Shown one piece after another: positions 55,085 through 64,000 of a DNA stretch of 64,000 nt. Under the pieces are notes generated by a model. That model saw only the letters and a program-made list of their open reading frames with translations, did not search any database and was not told the DNA's origin. The DNA comes from Alphaproteobacteria bacterium. GTDB lineage: Bacteria > Pseudomonadota > Alphaproteobacteria > UBA828. A program made the position numbers and the translations under genes. Positions within the stretch are counted from its first letter, which is position 1. Every line of letters starts with the position of its first letter. The stretch covers positions 1,184,001 to 1,248,000 of the forward strand of contig CBDEFM010000002.1 of assembly GCA_965237415.1 (NCBI GenBank), given 5' to 3'.

Positions 55085-55417
55085 TCACTCGACCCGCTCG
55101 ACGAGCACGCGAACGGTGCCGCCGCAGGCGAGACCAACCTCCCACGCCTGCTCGTTGGAGACGCCGAACTCGAGCACGCTCGGCCGGCCTGCGCCCATGA
55201 CCTTTTGCGCCTCCTCGATCACCGCGCCTTCGATGCAGCCGCCGGAGACCGAGCCCTCGAAGTGGCCGTCGGCGTCGGCGACAAGCTGGCTGCCCACGGG
55301 GCGGGGCGACGAGCCCCAGGTGGCGATGACGGTGGCGAGCGCCACGTCCCTGCCCTCGTCGCACCAGCGGGCGGCGGTGCCCAGAATGTCCTCTTGCCCG
55401 GCGTGATCCGAACTCAT
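55085..55417 (-). CDS. XdhC/CoxI family protein (N-terminal part)
   Basis: ATVI.TWGSSPRPVG, GSVSGGCIEG, VGLACGG. Confidence 0.9.
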   Translation of the reverse strand: MSSDHAGQEDILGTAARWCDEGRDVALATVIATWGSSPRPVGSQLVADADGHFEGSVSGGCIEGAVIEEAQKVMGAGRPSVLEFGVSNEQAWEVGLACGGTVRVLVERVE

Positions 55418-55459
55418 CGGGCTTCCTCCCTTTTTACGCGGGCCGCGGTCGCGGGCGCC

Positions 55460-56401
55460 TCACTCCGCGACGGCGGCCATCCCGGCCTCGACATCCGCAA
55501 GGATACGCTGCGTCTCGCCGTTCCGCGCCTTCTCGATGTCATCCTGATACTTCAGGAGGACGCCCAGAGTCTGATCGACGACCGCAGGGTCGAGGCTCTC
55601 CTGCGCGAGCGTGCTGAGCGCGCGCAGCCAATCGATGCTCTCCGCAACGCCCGGCGACTTGAAGAAGTCGAGCTCGCGCAGCTGCTGCACGAAGGCCACG
55701 ACCTCGTAGATCAATCTCGGGGCGGCCTCCGGCACCCGCACGCGCAGGATCTCGCGCTCGCGCTGGGCGTCGGGGTAGTCGATCCAGTGATAGAGGCAGC
55801 GCCGCTTGAGGGCGTCGTGGATTTCGCGGGTCCGGTTGGAGGTGATGAGCACGATCGGCGGCTCTGCCGCGCGGATGGTGCCGATCTCCGGAATCGTGAT
55901 CTGGTAGTCGTCCAAGATCTCCAGCAGAAACGCCTCGAACGGCTCGTCGGCGCGGTCGAGCTCGTCGATCAGCAGTACCGGCGGCCCGGTATCGTGCGGG
56001 CGGAGCGCCTCCAGTAGCGGCCGGCTGATGAGGAATCGCTCCGAGAAGATATCGCCGGCCAGCGTCTGGCGGTCGCGGTCGCCCATCGCCTCCGACAGGC
56101 GAATCTCGATCATCTGCCGCGCGTAGTTCCACTCGTAGACGGCGGACGAGACGTCGAGCCCCTCGTAGCACTGGAGACGCAGCAGGGAGCGCCCGAGACG
56201 CTCGGCCAAAACGCTCGCGAGCGCGGTCTTGCCGACGCCAGCCTCGCCTTCGAGAAAGAGCGGGCGGTTCAGGCGGAACGCGACGAACAGGCTGGTCGCC
56301 AGGTTGCGATCGGCCACATAGTCGCCGCCGGAGAGCAGCGCGAGCGTCTCGTCGACGGTTGCGGGGATCGCCACGCCGTTAACCATTTCAGGAACTTTCA
56401 T
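55460..56401 (-). CDS. MoxR-family AAA+ ATPase, CoxD-like
   Basis: LEGEAGVGKT, RLQCYEGLD, LIDELDRAD, TSNRTREIHDALKRRC. Confidence 0.92.
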   Translation of the reverse strand: MKVPEMVNGVAIPATVDETLALLSGGDYVADRNLATSLFVAFRLNRPLFLEGEAGVGKTALASVLAERLGRSLLRLQCYEGLDVSSAVYEWNYARQMIEIRLSEAMGDRDRQTLAGDIFSERFLISRPLLEALRPHDTGPPVLLIDELDRADEPFEAFLLEILDDYQITIPEIGTIRAAEPPIVLITSNRTREIHDALKRRCLYHWIDYPDAQREREILRVRVPEAAPRLIYEVVAFVQQLRELDFFKSPGVAESIDWLRALSTLAQESLDPAVVDQTLGVLLKYQDDIEKARNGETQRILADVEAGMAAVAE

Positions 56402-56855
56402 CGGAAAGGCGCTCGATCAGATCGGCGATCGCCTCCGGCTTGTCAAGGTCTAACGCCGGCTGGCGGCCATCCTCCGCCAGCACACGCAGGCCTCTGCCGG
56501 CCTCGTGCCCGGGGCTGCATTCGACCGTGAGCCGGGCGGCGGCACTCTCGTCGAAACCGAGTGCCAGCACCACGTCCGCATCGCCCGCGAGCGCTGCGAG
56601 GGCGGCCGCCTGAGGCGGCGCCGGCGGGTCGTTGCGATGCACACGCGCCCAGCGCCGGCCGGAGACCACGACGACATCGCGCGCGCCGGCAGCGGCATGC
56701 TCGTAGCTGTCCTTACCCGGCGCGTCGATGGCGAGCGGACCCTGGCTCGCGGCGATCACGGCGACGCGCCGGCCGCGGCCCGTCAGCGTCTCGATCAGCT
56801 GCGTCGCCATCGCATCCCGCTCCTCCGCAGGGCCGGCAATCGCCACCACCACCAC
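56388..56855 (-). CDS. MobB-like protein with degenerate P-loop
   Basis: L..RG.RVAVI, ID.PGKDSY.H..AGA motifs; Walker A not conserved. Confidence 0.65.
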   Translation of the reverse strand: MVVVAIAGPAEERDAMATQLIETLTGRGRRVAVIAASQGPLAIDAPGKDSYEHAAAGARDVVVVSGRRWARVHRNDPPAPPQAAALAALAGDADVVLALGFDESAAARLTVECSPGHEAGRGLRVLAEDGRQPALDLDKPEAIADLIERLSDESS

Positions 56856-56862
56856 GCGCGGC

Positions 56863-57513
56863 TCAGATCACGCCGGTGAACACGAGGATCAGGACCACGG
56901 CGACGACGATCACCGCCCCGACCCAGGCCGCGGTGGGGAGCCCCATCCGCTGTGCCGCCGGCGCGAGCGGCGGCCCCGCGGCCTCGGCCGGTGCGCCTTC
57001 CTGTGCAGCGTCGGCCGGGGGCGCGGCGGGCTCCGGTTCGGGCTCTGCTGCGTCCTCGGCTTCCGCTTCCTCGCCGCCGCCCAGCTTCTCGGCAAGGCTG
57101 TCGAAGAACTGCTTGGAGAGCTTCTTTGCGGTGGAATCGATGAGGCGCGAGCCGATCTGCGCGAGCTTGCCGCCGACCTTCGCATCGACGTCGTAGTGCA
57201 CGACTGTCTCGCCGCCGTCGGCGACCAGCCGGACCTTGGCCTCGCCCGAGGCGAAGCCGGCGGCACCCCCTTGGCCCTGGCCGGAGATCGTATAGCCGTT
57301 GGGCGGGTCGAGATCGGAAAGCGTGACACCGCCCGCGAAGGTCGCCTTGACCGGGCCGACCTTGATGACCAGCGTCGCGGTCATCTCGGTATCCGACGTC
57401 TTCTCGATCTCCTGGCAACCGGGCAGGCACTCCTTCAGGACCTCGGGGTCGTTGAGCGCCCGCCACACGGTCTCCCGGTCGGTCGGGACCCGGATCTCGC
57501 CGTTCATCTTCAT
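56863..57513 (-). CDS. coxG: CoxG-like (SRPBCC) protein with C-terminal membrane anchor
   Basis: VW.ALNDPEVL..CLPGC, KVGPVKATF.G, GGKLAQIGSRLID. Confidence 0.88.
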   Translation of the reverse strand: MKMNGEIRVPTDRETVWRALNDPEVLKECLPGCQEIEKTSDTEMTATLVIKVGPVKATFAGGVTLSDLDPPNGYTISGQGQGGAAGFASGEAKVRLVADGGETVVHYDVDAKVGGKLAQIGSRLIDSTAKKLSKQFFDSLAEKLGGGEEAEAEDAAEPEPEPAAPPADAAQEGAPAEAAGPPLAPAAQRMGLPTAAWVGAVIVVAVVLILVFTGVI

Positions 57514-57556
57514 GGCCGCCTGGCCCCCTGCCCTGCCGTGCCGGCGCTCGGCGCCG

Positions 57557-59251
57557 CTAAACGTAGTAGATGACCAGGCAGGCGCCAAGGAGGACCAGGA
57601 TCCAGAGCGCGGCGACGCCGGTCGGCCAAGTGCGTGCCAGCACCCCGCCCGGCCTGTGCTGATGCGCGATCAGGAAAATCAGGCGATCGAGGCCGCGTGC
57701 GGACTGCTCCCGGACGTGCGCGGCGAGCGCCGACGCCGCAGCGTCAACGAGGCGCGTCACGCGCGGCAGCAAGCGCCGGTACACCCACTCGCTGTCGATG
57801 TTCACCGAGCGCAGCTCGGGCGGGTAGAGCCCGACCAGGTTGAGGAAGGCGAAGGCCAAAGCCGAGAAGAAGAGAAGCTGGACCTGCACCAGCACGTGGC
57901 TGCCGGTGTAGGGCACGTAGCCCACCTCGTAGGGCAGCAACGAATAGAGCCATGCCGGATAGCAGCCGATGACGATGCAGAGGATCGCCGCCATCGCCAT
58001 GGCAATCCGCATGTTGAGCGGCGCTTCGCGAGTGCGGATGCCGCTGTCGTGGGCGAAGAAGGCAAAGTAGGGGATCTTGATGCCGGCATGGTGGAAGACG
58101 CCGGCGGAGGCGAAGAGCAGCAGAATCCAGACGATCCAATGGCCCTCGGCCGCGGCCGCGCTCATCACCATCGACTTGCTGACGAAGCCGGAGAAGAGCG
58201 GGAAGGCCGAGATCGATGCTGCGCCCACGATGCAGAGCCCGGTGGTCTGGGGCATCGACTTGTAGAGCCCGCCCAGCTCCGAGCCGTTGATCTTGCCGGT
58301 CTGGTGCAGCACCGCACCCATCGACATGAGCAGCAGCCCCTTGAAGATGACATCGTTGAAGGCGTGGCTGACGGCGCCGTTGAGCGCGAGCGACGTGCCG
58401 ATGCCGACGCCGACCACCATGAAGCCGATCTGGTTGATCATGCTGTAGGCGAGCACGCGGCGAAGATCGTTCTCGATGACGGCAAAGAAAATCGGGAACG
58501 CCGTCATCGCCGTGCCGATGGGGATCAGCACCTCGGTGCCGGCATAGCCGCGGGCCAGCGCATAGACCGCGAGCTTGGTCGTGAATGCGCTCAGGAACAC
58601 CATTCCCGTCGGCGTCGATTCCGGGTAGGCGTCGGTGAGCCAGGTGTGCACCAGCGGGAAGCCGCACTTGATGCCGAAGGCGACGAAGATCAGCACGCCG
58701 CCGAGGCTCCCGATTCCGATATGGCCGAAGGCGCTGGACCCGGTGTCGCCGATCAGGATCACCGCGCCCCCCAGCAGCAGGAGGCCGGAGACGAGCTGGA
58801 ACACCAGGTAGCGCATGGCGGCGCGCACCGCCCGCGGCTCACGCCGGGCGAGGATCAGCAGCACCGAGCCGAGCGTCGTCCCCTCCCAGAAGATGAGCAG
58901 GCTGATGAGGTCGCCGGCGAACACGGCGCCGAGCGCCGAGCCCGCATAGAGCAGCATTCCGGCCTGCTGCAGGCGGTCGCGCACATGGAAGGCGAAGACG
59001 GCGCCGAGGAACGCCGCGATGTGGAAGAGAAGGCCGAAGAGCAGGCTCAGCGAATCGGCGCGAAGCAGCTCCAGACGCGTGTCGAGGAGGGCAACCTCGA
59101 GTCCTCCCCCGCCGTTCCACACCCCCCACAGGTTGATCCCGCCGAGCAGCGGTACGGCCGGCACGAGGAGACGGCGCAGTCCCCCCGGCAGCAGCAGCAC
59201 GAGGACCGCCGCAACAAGGAAGATGAAGGCGGGGGGGATGCTACTCGTCAT
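57557..59251 (-). CDS. Mrp-type Na+/H+ antiporter subunit D-like
   Basis: HTWLTDAYPE, SAFTTK, RRVLAYS, PLFSGFVSK. Confidence 0.88.
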   Translation of the reverse strand: MTSSIPPAFIFLVAAVLVLLLPGGLRRLLVPAVPLLGGINLWGVWNGGGGLEVALLDTRLELLRADSLSLLFGLLFHIAAFLGAVFAFHVRDRLQQAGMLLYAGSALGAVFAGDLISLLIFWEGTTLGSVLLILARREPRAVRAAMRYLVFQLVSGLLLLGGAVILIGDTGSSAFGHIGIGSLGGVLIFVAFGIKCGFPLVHTWLTDAYPESTPTGMVFLSAFTTKLAVYALARGYAGTEVLIPIGTAMTAFPIFFAVIENDLRRVLAYSMINQIGFMVVGVGIGTSLALNGAVSHAFNDVIFKGLLLMSMGAVLHQTGKINGSELGGLYKSMPQTTGLCIVGAASISAFPLFSGFVSKSMVMSAAAAEGHWIVWILLLFASAGVFHHAGIKIPYFAFFAHDSGIRTREAPLNMRIAMAMAAILCIVIGCYPAWLYSLLPYEVGYVPYTGSHVLVQVQLLFFSALAFAFLNLVGLYPPELRSVNIDSEWVYRRLLPRVTRLVDAAASALAAHVREQSARGLDRLIFLIAHQHRPGGVLARTWPTGVAALWILVLLGACLVIYYV

Positions 59252-59483
59252 AGTAGTCCTCGCGCCGCATCACGAGGCGGCGCAGCTCCTTCGCGGCGAG
59301 CACGAGCACGACGCAGGCGATGAAGCCGAAGAACCCGTAGAAGCCGAACCAGCCTTCCCAGAAGAACTCCTCGTGCCGGTGAAAACCGGCGTCGATCGCC
59401 AGCACGCCGACACAGAGGCCTGCGAAGATCTTGATGAGGAGCATCACGTTGCGGCGTTCGTCGAGCCAGTATTTCTTCTTCAT
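59241..59483 (-). CDS. Small membrane protein of the Mrp operon
   Basis: Two TM segments, GFYG.FGF.ACV.LVL.AK.LR..VMR.EDYYD; embedded in the operon. Confidence 0.7.
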   Translation of the reverse strand: MKKKYWLDERRNVMLLIKIFAGLCVGVLAIDAGFHRHEEFFWEGWFGFYGFFGFIACVVLVLAAKELRRLVMRREDYYDE

Positions 59484-59492
59484 CTCAGACTC

Positions 59493-60962
59493 TTACGGCG
59501 TTTCTGCGAGAGGCTGAACGAGCATGAGAAGCGCCTGCGGGTAGAAGAAGAGTGCAGCCGTGCCGAGCGCCGCCACGAGGGTCGCCGCCAGAATCGGCCA
59601 GGGCGCCTCGGCCCGCCCGACCGCCACGCCGGGGCCTGCGCCTGGCGCGGGGAAGAAGGCGCGGACGAGGATCGGCAGGAAGTAGAGCGCGTTGAGCAGC
59701 GAGCTGCCGAGCAGGACGGCGATCACCGCGATATGGCGCCCGTCGTCGGCGCCTGCCACCAGGTACCACTTGCTCCAGAGCGCGGCGAAGGGCGGCAGCC
59801 CGATCAGCCCGAGCGCGCCGACAGTGAACGCGCCCATGGTGATGGGCATGCGGTAGCCGATGCCGTCGAGCTCGCTCACCAGCCTCTTGTGGGCGGCGGT
59901 GTAGATCGCGCCCGCGCAGAAGAAGAGCGTGATCTTGCCGAAGGCGTGCGTCGCCATGTGCATGGCGCCGCCCACGACGCCCGCGCTGGTCGCAAGCGCG
60001 CCCCCCAGCACCACATAGGCAAGCTGGCTCACGGTCGAATAGGCGAGCCGGCGTTTCAGGTCGTCCTGACGCAGCGCGATCAGCGAGGCGATCACGATGG
60101 TCGCGGCGGAGACCGCGATCAGCCACTCGCTGCCCGCCATCGAGCGGAGGAAATCGAGGCCGAAGATGTAGACCAGGACCTTGAGCACCGTGAACACGCC
60201 GGCCTTCACCACCGCCACCGCGTGCAGGAGCGCGCTCACCGGCGTGGGCGCCACCATCGCCGCCGGCAGCCAGCCGTGGAGCGGCATGAGCGCCGCCTTG
60301 CCGATGCCGAACATGTAGAGCACCAGCAGCACGGCGGCTGTGCGTTCGCTCACGGCACCGGCGAGGATTCCGCCCTTCTCGAAATCGAGCGTCCCCACCT
60401 CGACCCAGGTCCAGAGGATCGCGAAGAGCTGCAGCAGGATCGATGTCGACAGCAGGATCCCGAGGTAGGTCCTGCCGGCGCGCCGTGCCTCGTCGGTGCC
60501 GCTGTGGGTCACCAGCGGATAGGTGGAGAGCGTCAGCGCCTCGTAGAACAGGAAGAGCGTGAACATGTTGCCGGCGAAGGCGATGCCGATGGAGCTGCCG
60601 AGCGCGACCGCGAAGCAGACGTAGTAGCGGGTCCGGTGGCCCTCCTTGTTGGCGCGGACGTAGCCGATCGAATAGACCGTCGTCGCGATCCAGAGGAACG
60701 ACGCGATCAGCGCGAACAGCATCCCGAGCGGCTCGAGCGCGAAGGCGATGGGGAGCCCCGGCACGATGTCGAAGAGCGCGACGCGGGGCGTTTCGCCGGC
60801 CACGACCGACGGCGCGAGGGAGACGACCAGGCCGAAGAGCGCGACCGCGGTGACCACGGAGACCGCCTCCTGCAACACCGGCCGCCTCGCGGTCGCCGAG
60901 ATCAGGAGCGCGCCTGCCAACGGCACCGCCAGGGCGGCGAGGATCTGCGCGGCGTGGCTCAT
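59493..60962 (-). CDS. Mrp antiporter subunit D family
   Basis: HGWLPAAMVAPTPVSALLHAVAVVKAG, LKRRLAYSTVSQ. Confidence 0.9.
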   Translation of the reverse strand: MSHAAQILAALAVPLAGALLISATARRPVLQEAVSVVTAVALFGLVVSLAPSVVAGETPRVALFDIVPGLPIAFALEPLGMLFALIASFLWIATTVYSIGYVRANKEGHRTRYYVCFAVALGSSIGIAFAGNMFTLFLFYEALTLSTYPLVTHSGTDEARRAGRTYLGILLSTSILLQLFAILWTWVEVGTLDFEKGGILAGAVSERTAAVLLVLYMFGIGKAALMPLHGWLPAAMVAPTPVSALLHAVAVVKAGVFTVLKVLVYIFGLDFLRSMAGSEWLIAVSAATIVIASLIALRQDDLKRRLAYSTVSQLAYVVLGGALATSAGVVGGAMHMATHAFGKITLFFCAGAIYTAAHKRLVSELDGIGYRMPITMGAFTVGALGLIGLPPFAALWSKWYLVAGADDGRHIAVIAVLLGSSLLNALYFLPILVRAFFPAPGAGPGVAVGRAEAPWPILAATLVAALGTAALFFYPQALLMLVQPLAETP

Positions 60963-62437
60963 GGCGCGTCCAGCAGCACCGCCGCCGCTCGCCCCGCGAT
61001 GCCGACGGTGAGATCCGTGTGGATCCCGAAGTAGAGCGAGCCCGCGATCATCGCCCAGGTCGAGAGCTGCATGGCCCACGGCGCCTCGCGCACCGGCTCG
61101 CTCTCGGGCGGCGGCGGGTGGAAGTAGGCGGCCTCGATCACGCGGCCTACATAGGCGAGCGCGATCAGCGAGCCGACCAGCACGAAGAGCGCCACCGGCC
61201 AGAGACCTGCCTCGAACGCGCCCTGCACCAGATACCACTTGCTCACGAAGCCGGAGGTGACGGGCACCCCGACGAGGCCGAGGCCGCCGATCACCACCGC
61301 CGCCATAGTGAACGGCATGCGCCGGCCGAGCCCGTGCAAGGCGGCGAGATCGGTCGCACCGAGGCGATAGGCGATGGCGCCGGCCGCGAGGAAGAGCCCG
61401 CCCTTCATCAACGCATGGTTGAAGATGTGGACCAGCGCGCCGGTCACGCCGGTCACGGAGGCGAGCCCGATGCCGACGCCGAGATAGCCGATCTGGCCCA
61501 CGCTGGAGAACGCCAGCAGGCGCTTGAGGTCGGTCTGGAAGACGGCAACGAGCGAGCCCGCGAGCACGGCTATGAGCGAGAGAGCGAGCAGAACCTCCGT
61601 GAGCGGCAGCGTCTCGAAGGCGAAGTGCACGCCGAACACGGTGAAGACGAAGCGGAGCAGCATGTAGGCGCCCACCTTGGTCGCGGTCGCCGCAAGAAAC
61701 GCGCTCACTATCGATGGCGCGTAGGCATAGGCGTTGGGCAGCCAGACATGGAACGGGAAAAGCGCGAGCTTGATCAGGACGCCCACGGTGATGAAGGCGA
61801 AGGCGGCGAGAACCGCCGGCGTCTCGCCCAGAGCCGGCACGCGCTGGGACAAGTCCGCGATGTTCAGGGTGCCGGTCTTGGCATAGAGGAAGCCGATCCC
61901 GATCAGGATCAGCGAGGCGCCGATGGTTCCGATGATGAGATACTGGTAGGAGGCCGTGAGCGCCCGCCGGCGGCGTCCCTGCGCGATCAGCACGTAGCTC
62001 GCGAGCGAGGAGATTTCGAGAAAGACGTAGATGTTGAAGGCGTCGCCGGTCGCGGTGATGCCGAGCAGGCCGGTCAGCGCCAGCAGGAAGATGGCGTAGA
62101 AGAGGTGCCGTCGCTCGGGCCGGACCTCCCGCTCCACGCTCTGGCGGGCGTAGGGCATCATCAGCGCGGCGGTGCCCGCGAGGATCAGGAGGACAAAGGC
62201 GTTGACGGCATCCAGCCGGTATTCGATGCCGATGGGCGGCGCCCAGCCGCCCAGGCGGTAGGAGATCGTGCCGCCGCTCATCACCTGTTCGAGCAGCAGG
62301 GCCGCGATCGCGAGCAGCCCCCAGCAGACGACGGTCGTGAAGCCCCAGGCGTAGCTCCCGCGCCGCAGCAGCACGCAGATCGGCGCCGCAATGAGCGGCA
62401 CCGCCACCTGGAGCACCGGCAGATGAGTCGCGATCAT
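60959..62437 (-). CDS. Mrp antiporter subunit D family
   Basis: GGWAPPIGIE, DAFNIYVFLEI, HVWLPNAY, KRLLAFSSVGQ. Confidence 0.9.
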   Translation of the reverse strand: MIATHLPVLQVAVPLIAAPICVLLRRGSYAWGFTTVVCWGLLAIAALLLEQVMSGGTISYRLGGWAPPIGIEYRLDAVNAFVLLILAGTAALMMPYARQSVEREVRPERRHLFYAIFLLALTGLLGITATGDAFNIYVFLEISSLASYVLIAQGRRRRALTASYQYLIIGTIGASLILIGIGFLYAKTGTLNIADLSQRVPALGETPAVLAAFAFITVGVLIKLALFPFHVWLPNAYAYAPSIVSAFLAATATKVGAYMLLRFVFTVFGVHFAFETLPLTEVLLALSLIAVLAGSLVAVFQTDLKRLLAFSSVGQIGYLGVGIGLASVTGVTGALVHIFNHALMKGGLFLAAGAIAYRLGATDLAALHGLGRRMPFTMAAVVIGGLGLVGVPVTSGFVSKWYLVQGAFEAGLWPVALFVLVGSLIALAYVGRVIEAAYFHPPPPESEPVREAPWAMQLSTWAMIAGSLYFGIHTDLTVGIAGRAAAVLLDAP

Positions 62438-62808
62438 CGCCGATCCTGCTCGTCGATCTCGTCCTCTTCGACGGTCCCGTAGGCGCGCTTGATCGCGACG
62501 GTGAGCGCGAGCCCGACCGCGAGAGTCGAGACGGACACGACGATCGCCGTGAGGATCAGCACGTGGGGAAGCGGGTTGGAATAGACCCCGTAAGCGGCAT
62601 CGATGATCGGCGCGGTGCCGCCCTCGACCTTGCCCACCGTGATGTAGATCAGGAAAATCGCGGACTGGAAGATGCCGAGGCCGATCAGCTTCTTGATAAG
62701 GTTTGAGGGCGCAATGATGGCGTAGAGCCCGATCATCGCCAGCACGATCGCGGCCCAGTAGTTGGCGTGTGCGAGGGCCTCCACCTCAGCGCCACTCAGC
62801 CAGGACAC
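62434..62808 (-). CDS. mrpC: Mrp antiporter subunit C
   Basis: NLIKKLIGL, NPLPHVLILTAIVV. Confidence 0.88.
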   Translation of the reverse strand: MSWLSGAEVEALAHANYWAAIVLAMIGLYAIIAPSNLIKKLIGLGIFQSAIFLIYITVGKVEGGTAPIIDAAYGVYSNPLPHVLILTAIVVSVSTLAVGLALTVAIKRAYGTVEEDEIDEQDRR

Positions 62809-63199
62809 AGAAAATGATGGTCATCACGGCAGCGACCGCGACGCCGACACCGATCTCGATGATGATGATCCCGACGTGGTTGCCGTGGACCGGGTCGCCG
62901 GAGAGCGCGCCATACTCGAGGAACTCGCCGCCGCCGATCATGCTGGCGACGCCCACGCCTGCGTAGAGCAGCACGCCGAGACAGGCGATGACGACCAGGG
63001 CGCGCGGGGGCGCCACGGCGCGCATCGCCTCAGTGCCGAAGACGAGGCCGTAGAGAATCAGGCCGGCCCCGAAGATCACGCCCGCCTGAAAGCCGCCGCC
63101 CGGCCCGTAGTCTCCATGCATCTGAACGTAGAGGGCGAACAGCAGGATCGGCGGGATCAGCAGCTTCGAGACCACGCGCAGGACCAGATGCTCCGTCAT
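62786..63199 (-). CDS. mrpB: Mrp antiporter subunit B
   Basis: HGDYGPGGGFQAG, EIGVG. Confidence 0.88.
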   Translation of the reverse strand: MTEHLVLRVVSKLLIPPILLFALYVQMHGDYGPGGGFQAGVIFGAGLILYGLVFGTEAMRAVAPPRALVVIACLGVLLYAGVGVASMIGGGEFLEYGALSGDPVHGNHVGIIIIEIGVGVAVAAVMTIIFCVLAEWR

Positions 63200-63750
63200 T
63201 CGCGGTCCCTCGCACTTGCGCGGCGCCGCCGCCGGGCGATGCCGAGCATCAGCAGCACGCCGATCCCTGCGGTGAAGATCACCGTGACCTCGCCAAGCGT
63301 ATCGAACCCCCGGTAGGACGCGAGCACCGCGGTGACGATGTTGGGCACGCCAGTCTCCGCCTCGCCCTGCTCCAGATAGTGGGGCGCGACATGCTGTTGC
63401 GCCGGCGCCTCCGGGTCGCCGAAGGCCGGCAGGTCGAGCGTGCCGTAGATCAGCAGGCCGCCGACGACGAGCGAAGCCAGGATCGGGAGCCACGGCCTGC
63501 GATGCGTGATCTTCTCGTGCCGATCGGTCGCGGAGATGGTGAGAAGCATGAAGACGGTGGTCACACCCGCGCCGACGGCGGCCTCGGTAAAGGCCACGTC
63601 GACGGCATCGAGCACGACCCAGAGCGCAGCCATGACCAGACTGTAGATGCCGAGCACCAGTGCGGCCGCCAACAGGTTGCGCAGCGTGACCACGACGAGC
63701 GCCGCCGCGACCAGCAGGGCCAGGAGCAGAATATCGACGTAGATATCTAT
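63196..63750 (-). CDS. DUF4040/MrpB-like antiporter subunit; probable ATA start
   Basis: A.DVAFTEAAVGAG, PNIVTAVLASYRGFDTLGE; hydrophobic helix extends to ATA 63750 with an in-frame TAA just upstream. Confidence 0.8.
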   Translation of the reverse strand: MDIYVDILLLALLVAAALVVVTLRNLLAAALVLGIYSLVMAALWVVLDAVDVAFTEAAVGAGVTTVFMLLTISATDRHEKITHRRPWLPILASLVVGGLLIYGTLDLPAFGDPEAPAQQHVAPHYLEQGEAETGVPNIVTAVLASYRGFDTLGEVTVIFTAGIGVLLMLGIARRRRRASARDRE

Positions 63751-64000
63751 GGCGCGGGGTCCCTGGGCTTACGGGTCCACGGCAGGATCCCGTCGAGCAG
63801 CGCCGCATGGGCGAGCGCGTGCGCTGCGGTCGGCGCGGTGAACACCAGGAATACGAATATCAGCACCAGCTTGAGCGCGGTCAGCGAGAGGCCGGCCTGA
63901 AGCATGAAGCCGAGCAGGATGAAACCCGCGCCGGCGGTGTCGGCGACGCTCGACGCGTGGAGCCGCGTGAAGAAATCCGGCATGCGGATCAGCCCGAGAC
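63747..64000 (-). CDS. mrpG: Mrp antiporter subunit G, 5' end outside window
   Basis: R.PDFFTRLHA...DT.G, F..PTAAHALA. Confidence 0.85.
   Translation of the reverse strand, partial: LGLIRMPDFFTRLHASSVADTAGAGFILLGFMLQAGLSLTALKLVLIFVFLVFTAPTAAHALAHAALLDGILPWTRKPRDPAP

Overview
GC-rich bacterial chromosomal window, probably alphaproteobacterial (inferred from gene content and repeat types). Most of it is catabolic or housekeeping. It holds two convergent paralogous sugar-type ABC operons with fused double permeases, two 2OG-Fe(II) oxygenases, a PgdA/PuuE-like deacetylase, a C45 acyltransferase/peptidase, a PotD-type ABC cluster, two hydantoinase/oxoprolinase A+B pairs (one with a Dpp transporter and a racemase), dps, rubredoxin, a core MetE-like enzyme, pyc, phnW, a cox/xdh accessory cluster and an Mrp antiporter operon. 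The most notable signal is a split set of Mu-like (transposable phage) genes with no transposase in the window. One block (24141-29281) has a lysis cassette, a lipoprotein, an S24 repressor, and Cro-like, Gam, GemA and Mor-like genes. About 13 kb away lie a stand-alone terminase large subunit (42465) and a stand-alone portal gene (45641). The lysis cassette, terminase and portal are each preceded by the same 14-bp palindrome (consensus CGCACCWTGGTGCG) exactly 36 nt before an ATG, with a -10-like hexamer at a fixed position. This looks like a dispersed, co-regulated, domesticated Mu-derived system (gene-transfer-agent-like candidate) rather than a simply decaying prophage; that reading is inference. 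A CTAG-targeting MITE family and related GC-rich tandem repeats are also present. All family assignments come from motif recognition, not database searches.
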